A stretch of DNA of 64,000 nucleotides from an uncultured Gemmatimonadota bacterium. GTDB taxonomy: Bacteria > SM23-81 > DAOVCL01. Below are positions 58,582 to 64,000 of the stretch, in pieces. The notes beneath the pieces are model-generated. The model ran no database searches, was not told the origin of the DNA, and was given only the letters and a program-made list of their open reading frames with translations. Where the stretch lies: the NCBI GenBank assembly GCA_964626665.1, contig CAZVGK010000017.1, forward strand, positions 1 to 64,000, read 5' to 3'. The position numbers and the translations under genes are program-made. Positions within the stretch are counted from its first letter, which is position 1. The number at the start of each line of letters is the position of its first letter.

Positions 58582-60693
58582 CTACCGTGGAGTTGCCTCG
58601 GGGAGACCACCGTCCACCGGGATGGTGGCCCCGGTAGTTGGCGTCTGATGGGTGGCAAAGAAGAGAACCGCCTTGGCCACATGGGTGGCCGTTATCTTAG
58701 CCTTAAGCAGATTACGGTTGCGATAATGTTCCTCCAGGCCCTTCTCGTCAAGACCTCTGGCCCGCATGCGATCTGGCCCCACCTCGGCCCATAGTCCAGA
58801 TTTACGCTTGCCATAACCAAATACGGCATCAGGGGAGACCATATTGACCCTCACGCCAATCTCGGATAGCTCCAGGCTACCAATGCGGGCCAATTGATGT
58901 GCCGCTGCCTTGGTGGCGCTATAGGCTCCGAATTTTGCTCCTGGGGCAAAGACATTCTTGGTGGATACCAGGACGATGTCTCCTCCGGTTCCCTGAATTC
59001 TGAAATGACGGGCAGCAGTGGAGAGGATGTGGAGGGTCCCTTCCACATTTACCCGTTCCAGCCTCTGAAACTCCTTGGGGTCCATCTCCGCCAAAGAGGA
59101 GACATAGGCAACTCCCGCATTGGCCACCACTAGATCGATCCCTCCCCAGGCTTCGATCACCTGAGTAAAGCCCTGGGCAACCGACTGGGGATCGGTGACA
59201 TCAAGGGGAACGCCGATGGCCCGCTCCCCATAAACTGGCCGCAACTCATCTACCAATGAGTTGAGGTTATCTCCGGCCAAGTCCGTCAAGGCCACCTGGC
59301 AACCATTCCTGAGGAGCTCTTGCGAGATCCCGGAGCCGATGGCTCCCGCGGCACCGGTGATCAGGGCCACCGAGCTCTGTAAGGGGAGTTTATCCCCTTG
59401 GTCAAGCTTAGCCTGTTGCAGGCTTAAATACTCCATATCAAAGCACTCTTCCTCACTTAACCCCTCATACTCTCCCCTAAGGGCGATCTTCAGCTTTACA
59501 GCAAGGGCCTGGGCGGTGATGTCCCGCACTATTGCAGCTTCCTTCCCATCCCTACCAACGCATATCGCCCCCAATCCCGGCAGAAGGATTACCCGGGGCC
59601 TCAGGTCAAACCGCTGGAGTCCCGCCCCCATTCTGGGGGAATTCCGCTGGAAATAGGCATCATATTCCCTGGCATATTTCCCTATGGCCGTGGAGAGCTG
59701 CTCCCGCAATTTTTTTTCATTGGCATATTCTGGGTCATCGATCCACAGGGGGAGCGGCTTTGTTCTAATCAGGTGATCGGAGGTGAGGGGGGGAGTTAAG
59801 GCTATCTCCTTCCCTTGGCTGGAATCGACCAGATCAAGCACATCTCTGGTGATCAGCGGTTGCAGGATAAAACGTTGGTAAGGCCAGTCAGGGTTCCCCG
59901 TGGGTAGGGCCAGGGTGCCCCTGAGGATGGGGGCCACCCGCAGATACCTCTTTGCGGCCCTTGCCAGGGAGGTATTCCTTCTCGCCCTGAGAACCACTTT
60001 TTCCTCCTTAGTCAGATAATCCTCTGCCCTGGTCACCAGCTCAATGGTCCGCGCATAGGACTGGCGAGCTGTCTCCCCCCAGGTAAGCAAGCCATGTTTC
60101 AGCAAGACCATCCCCTTGGCTGTGGGGGAAGCGGCAAATGCCTCGGCCACAGCTTTGGCTAATGGGAATCCTGGCCTGGTATAGCTCAGGACGATCACCT
60201 CGTCCCCCAGTGCCTCCCGGGCTATCTCTCCCCCATCAGGCCGATTGGTCAGGGCCAATATACTGTCAGCATGGGTGTGATCGCTGTATTTGGGGGAGAG
60301 GAAGGTATGCATCAGGGTTTCAATTGATGGCCTCGCCCCCTGAGCATAGAGACGGTGGGTGAGCAATTCGTTAAGCATAGCCTCTTCGGAGAGCTCGGCA
60401 AGACCTTGCAACCGCTGCAGGTAAGCCAGATATAATCCGGTATGTTCCTCTGGTTCGATATGGGCCAGGTTGTGCCCGGATGCCTTGGTATAGATAGCGG
60501 GTATGGGTTGGCCGAAGATGTTAGTGAATGTCCCCTTAACTGCGGTGTTCCCCCCTCCGTGGAGCACGAGCTCCCTTTCCCTCCCGATCAACCTGCTTGA
60601 GTAGGTGCGCAGGGCCAGATCCTCCCCCCACTCTTCCCCGTATTTAGCGATAAATTCAGATGCCTCGGCTGCTGACCATTTGTTTTCCATCAA
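58582..60693 (-). CDS. Bifunctional class II aldolase / short-chain dehydrogenase (RhaD-SDR-like)
   Basis: LVLHGGGNT, RPSIET..H, HTH; TGAAGAIG, NAG, YSATK, VDGG. Confidence 0.88.
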   Translation of the reverse strand: MMENKWSAAEASEFIAKYGEEWGEDLALRTYSSRLIGRERELVLHGGGNTAVKGTFTNIFGQPIPAIYTKASGHNLAHIEPEEHTGLYLAYLQRLQGLAELSEEAMLNELLTHRLYAQGARPSIETLMHTFLSPKYSDHTHADSILALTNRPDGGEIAREALGDEVIVLSYTRPGFPLAKAVAEAFAASPTAKGMVLLKHGLLTWGETARQSYARTIELVTRAEDYLTKEEKVVLRARRNTSLARAAKRYLRVAPILRGTLALPTGNPDWPYQRFILQPLITRDVLDLVDSSQGKEIALTPPLTSDHLIRTKPLPLWIDDPEYANEKKLREQLSTAIGKYAREYDAYFQRNSPRMGAGLQRFDLRPRVILLPGLGAICVGRDGKEAAIVRDITAQALAVKLKIALRGEYEGLSEEECFDMEYLSLQQAKLDQGDKLPLQSSVALITGAAGAIGSGISQELLRNGCQVALTDLAGDNLNSLVDELRPVYGERAIGVPLDVTDPQSVAQGFTQVIEAWGGIDLVVANAGVAYVSSLAEMDPKEFQRLERVNVEGTLHILSTAARHFRIQGTGGDIVLVSTKNVFAPGAKFGAYSATKAAAHQLARIGSLELSEIGVRVNMVSPDAVFGYGKRKSGLWAEVGPDRMRARGLDEKGLEEHYRNRNLLKAKITATHVAKAVLFFATHQTPTTGATIPVDGGLPEATPR

Positions 60694-61420
60694 AACTCCT
60701 ATTGGCTGGTGATCTCAGGGCGTTGAGCATAAACCGGAGGTTTTCCACTGGGTTTCCTCCGGCGAATATGGCGTTTCCGCTGACCACGATGTCCGGGCCG
60801 AGCTCGGCGATCTTAAAGATGTTCTCCCGTTTAACGCCCCCATCGATGCAGAGGAGAATGTCCCTCTTTGCCGCGGAGATAAGCTTCTTCACTTGGGCAA
60901 ATCTCTCCCCTGTGGACTCGATGAAACCCCGTCCAATTGCCTTAAGGTCTACAGCTAAGACGAGGATCATCTCCACATAATCGAGCAATGGCTCCAGCCG
61001 CTCCACCGGTGTGCCCGGGCAAATGGCTACACCTCGGATTAGTCCCCTCTGCGGATCATTTTGGTTCTCCATCTTTCCCAGCTCCCGCAGGACGGGTCGG
61101 AGATCCTTGCTTGATTTCAGATGGAGGGTGATCAGATCCGCGCCGGCCTGGACATATTCGGCGACCTTTCCCTCCGGCTCTTGAACCATCAGGTGCACAT
61201 CCTTTAGCAGATGGGTTTTCACGTCCTTGATAAAAAGAGGCCCCACCGTCATCATCGGGACAAAACATCCATCCATAACATCAAAATGAATCGCTTTTAG
61301 ATCCGTCCCTTCGAGCAAGGCCAACTCAGAGCCCAGATGCATTAAATCGGCTGACAGGATCCCCACACTGATGGTCGGCGAGGATGCGCGCAGGAGACTG
61401 ACGGCTTTGTTGGCTGGCAT
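60656..61420 (-). CDS. Ribulose-phosphate 3-epimerase family, LsrE-like
   Basis: ISVGIL, HFDVMDG.F.P..TVGP, KDVHLMV, IRG...CPGTP, IDGG. Confidence 0.8.
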   Translation of the reverse strand: MPANKAVSLLRASSPTISVGILSADLMHLGSELALLEGTDLKAIHFDVMDGCFVPMMTVGPLFIKDVKTHLLKDVHLMVQEPEGKVAEYVQAGADLITLHLKSSKDLRPVLRELGKMENQNDPQRGLIRGVAICPGTPVERLEPLLDYVEMILVLAVDLKAIGRGFIESTGERFAQVKKLISAAKRDILLCIDGGVKRENIFKIAELGPDIVVSGNAIFAGGNPVENLRFMLNALRSPANRSFDGKQMVSSRGI

Positions 61421-61444
61421 AGGCAGTCTGTCCTATTTTGAAAT

Positions 61445-61564
61445 TACCCCTTCGAGCGGACTTTTCTGACAGGATAACGGGATTTACGGGATTTTTATTT
61501 ATCCTGTTCATCCTGTCAATCCTGTCTAAAAAAGGAGATTCCTACACTATGAGCTTAGCTTCCT
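61445..61564 (-). repeat. GACAGGAT-family repeat (reverse orientation)
   Basis: Reverse complement TAGGAATCTCC...TAGACAGGATTGACAGGA... matches 20993-21045. Confidence 0.8.
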
Positions 61565-61571
61565 GCGGTCG

Positions 61572-62450
61572 CTAAGTTCTCCTCAGGGCCTGATAGACCT
61601 CGTAGGCTTCCTCGGGGGATTTGTTCTCGTGAACGACCTTCCCCACCGCTTGAATCATGGCCACTGGGGATGCGGATTGGAAAACATTTCGCCCCATATC
61701 GACCCCGGCGGCGCCCTGTTGGATCGCATTGTAGGCCATCTTCAAGGCCTCCAGTTCCGGAATCTTCTTTCCGCCGGCGATAACGATAGGGACAGGGCAG
61801 GATGCCGTTACCGTTTCGAAACCATCGGCAACATAATAGGTCTTAACATACGACGCCCCCAGTTCGGCACAGATCCTGGTGGCCAACCTCATATATTTGG
61901 CGTCCCGCACCATCTCCTTGCCTACTGCCGTAACGCCGAGGACAGGTATGCCATACCGGTTACCTAGGTCCACCAACCGCGTTAGATTGTGGATGGATTT
62001 GGTCTCATACTCCCCCCCCACAAACACCTGAACTGCCAGGGCGGCGACATTCAGCCTGATGGCATCCTCGATGTCGACGGCGATCTCCTCATTGGAGAGC
62101 TCTTTAAGTATGCTTGGACCACCGCTTGCTCTGAGGACGATCCCCCTGGTGAGGGTTGGGGGTATGGTTGAGCGTAATATGCCACGGGTGCACATTAGGG
62201 TGTCGGCATAAGGGAGCAGTGGCACAATGGTCACATCGACCCGCTCCAGCCCCGTAGTGGGCCCGAGAAAATATCCATGGTCGATGGCCAACATCACCGT
62301 GCGACCTGTCTCCGGACGAAATATATTCGACAGCCGGTTTTTCATTCCCCAGTCCAACGAGTTTGAGCCGCGCAACCCAAACGGCTCACTCTGCAGAGGA
62401 ATATTTAGATGATAATTGTGGAGTTCTTGAATACTATCTTTGTCTGCCAT
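61572..62450 (-). CDS. lsrF: 3-hydroxy-5-phosphonooxypentane-2,4-dione thiolase LsrF
   Basis: [55 protein letters not shown]. Confidence 0.92.
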   Translation of the reverse strand: MADKDSIQELHNYHLNIPLQSEPFGLRGSNSLDWGMKNRLSNIFRPETGRTVMLAIDHGYFLGPTTGLERVDVTIVPLLPYADTLMCTRGILRSTIPPTLTRGIVLRASGGPSILKELSNEEIAVDIEDAIRLNVAALAVQVFVGGEYETKSIHNLTRLVDLGNRYGIPVLGVTAVGKEMVRDAKYMRLATRICAELGASYVKTYYVADGFETVTASCPVPIVIAGGKKIPELEALKMAYNAIQQGAAGVDMGRNVFQSASPVAMIQAVGKVVHENKSPEEAYEVYQALRRT

Positions 62451-62498
62451 CTTCGGTCTCCTTTCAAGCTTATGGAAATGTAATCCATCTTTCCCAAA

Positions 62499-62620
62499 GC
62501 GAGGTGGCAGAACCCCGATTCTGCCACCGCCCCCTGGCCATCAGGTGAGGCCATTTGATAGCTGGACTGGCAGTCAGATGAGGGCATCTAACCGCTCGCT
62601 TAGGCTTATGAATAACTCAG
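62499..62620 (-). repeat. REP composite (GGTGGCAGAA palindrome plus CAGATGAGGGCATCT), reverse orientation
   Basis: Reverse complement of the 16250/54352/57010 modules. Confidence 0.75.
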
Positions 62621-62633
62621 CTTAGGTCTTTAT

Positions 62634-62806
62634 CCCGAATTATTCATAAACTAATGATGACCCAGTTATCCAGAGGTTATCCGGTCATCCCGTAGGGAGG
62701 GACATTTATGTCTGTCCGCTTCCTTCGGACTCCGCTAAGGCGGAGTCCTTACAATAGAAACCTATGAGTATCGGAGATCCTCACCCTAATTTATGAATAG
62801 ATCGGG
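62634..62806. mobile_element. 173-bp MITE with TTAT target duplication
   Basis: TTAT-CCCGAATTATTCATAAA...TTTATGAATAGATCGGG-TTAT; contains a GTAG-REP. Confidence 0.82.
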
Positions 62807-63620
62807 TTATGTAATCCTTTTTGACCCAACCCCGGAGGTGGACTTGCACCTCATACCAACCATTGCTTTCCTGCACAATGTCCACGATAGTGCCTCGTAA
62901 CAAGGGCGGCGCAACTGTAGGGGAACTGCGCATAGGCGAAGTGCGAATATTGAGTTTTGATGCGGTTACAATGCCTGGGTTGTGCACAAACCGAGGTTCC
63001 GCTAAGCCCTCATCCTCCCCATCCCAATGGAGCACCGTCTCCCTCAATTCATCCAGGGGAAATGCAGGGCCAGGATCTTCCTTGCGCCCTGGGGCGATCT
63101 CCTCGTGACCTAAAATCGTGAAAATCGGATAAGTGTCGACCAGGAGGATGCAGAGGTCGCGGACGATGGTTATCTGCTTCTCTGTGTAGCGGTGCCAGTA
63201 GGAAGGTTGGGATTTGTTGCGCTGCACGGCCTCCACCACTTCCTCTTCCGGGTAGGCCTGGCCGAACCAAGCCGTGTATCTATTACCATTTTTCTTCAGC
63301 CGTCCAGCGTTATCGATCTCGACGCCGATTGCATACTTGTTGAATCCAACGCGCTCTCCATAGGTGCTCTTTCCCGCATGCCAAGCTATTGTGTCGAAAG
63401 AAACAAGTTGGGTGATCGATCCATCTTGGCCAACTACTAAGTGAGCGGAGGCCTTTGATTTTGGGTTACAGAGCCAATCGACGGAGGCTTGGGCTGATTC
63501 CCCGGCGGTGAAGTGGATGATTATGGTATCCGGAAGGCCCGGGCCAAAGGGGCCGCCGTGATTTGGCGATTCCCGATATGTAACCCCAGCCCCTTCAAGC
63601 CTATTTTCCTTGATGTTCAT
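62781..63620 (-). CDS. N-acetylmuramoyl-L-alanine amidase (Amidase_2/AmpD-like) with C-terminal SH3b
   Basis: IIHFTA, SAH, AWHAG, IGVEI, GHEEI...RK.DPG; LNIR..P...GWY.V...GWV. Confidence 0.9.
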   Translation of the reverse strand: MNIKENRLEGAGVTYRESPNHGGPFGPGLPDTIIIHFTAGESAQASVDWLCNPKSKASAHLVVGQDGSITQLVSFDTIAWHAGKSTYGERVGFNKYAIGVEIDNAGRLKKNGNRYTAWFGQAYPEEEVVEAVQRNKSQPSYWHRYTEKQITIVRDLCILLVDTYPIFTILGHEEIAPGRKEDPGPAFPLDELRETVLHWDGEDEGLAEPRFVHNPGIVTASKLNIRTSPMRSSPTVAPPLLRGTIVDIVQESNGWYEVQVHLRGWVKKDYITRSIHKLG

Positions 63621-63663
63621 ATTACTCAGGTCACATTATAGTTTGCACATTGGTATTTCATTG

Positions 63664-63800
63664 GTCATTGCGAGGCTTGCCCCGAGCGTAAGCGAGGGAA
63701 ATGGCCGAAAGCAATCTCATAGTCTAAACCTCTGTTCAGAGGTTTGGATTGCTTCGCTGCCCCCTCACTTCATTCGGGGCTACGGCTCACCGCAATGATG
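63664..63800. repeat. GTCATTGCGAG...GCAATCTC / GATTGCTTCG...CGCAATGA REP-like element
   Basis: Nested inverted repeats visible in the sequence. Confidence 0.65.
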
Positions 63801-64000
63801 GGTAATCTATTTAGTGGCCCCAGTAGTAACATCCTCTCGAGCTGGCTTCATAAGGCAACTTCTTGAAATTTATGTCAATTTTTTGGGCCGAAAAACAAAC
63901 TCACATTATGCGGGAAAACACCGAATGACACCGAATCCGCTGAAACATCAATGACTTACAAAAACAGCACTTCATTTTTAAGGGGGACTTTCTCTCGGAG

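Overview
Bacterial chromosome window. The gene content (Wzi-like and beta-barrel outer-membrane proteins, spoVG, group II GGGPS, four-subunit POR) suggests a diderm anaerobe, possibly an FCB-related candidate lineage (inference). Two housekeeping blocks are present. The first runs EF-G paralog, wzi-like, ispE-spoVG-tRNA-Gln-prs-rplY-pth, membrane PPase, ychF, rpsF-rpsR-rplI, malK-like, cinA-thpR-recA-recX-alaS-GGGPS. The second runs carD-sigma70-Trm112-mreCD-mrdA-rodA, recR, porCDAB, followed by a minus-strand block (methyltransferase, AmmeMemoRadiSam enzyme, def, DUF1028, aldolase/SDR-lsrE-lsrF, amidase). Between them lies a visibly AT-richer ~18 kb island (~24.6-42.9 kb) whose cargo genes all point in the + direction. 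The cargo includes a HinP1I-like R-M pair, a TIGR04255 three-gene module, HicBA, an orphan AbiEi, BrnTA, a Zn-ribbon/SecY/DUF2007-like fusion, attC-bearing cassettes, a broken tyrosine recombinase and gene fragments; a broken IS1-family element sits on the minus strand. The cargo is punctuated by co-oriented, inverted-repeat-bounded miniature derivatives of RAYT-like (Y1 HUH) transposase genes, which look like the joints of an integron-like gene-capture array. Intergenic DNA across the window carries many MITE/REP families, some with visible target duplications or gene disruptions. All family assignments come from motif recognition by eye; no searches were run.
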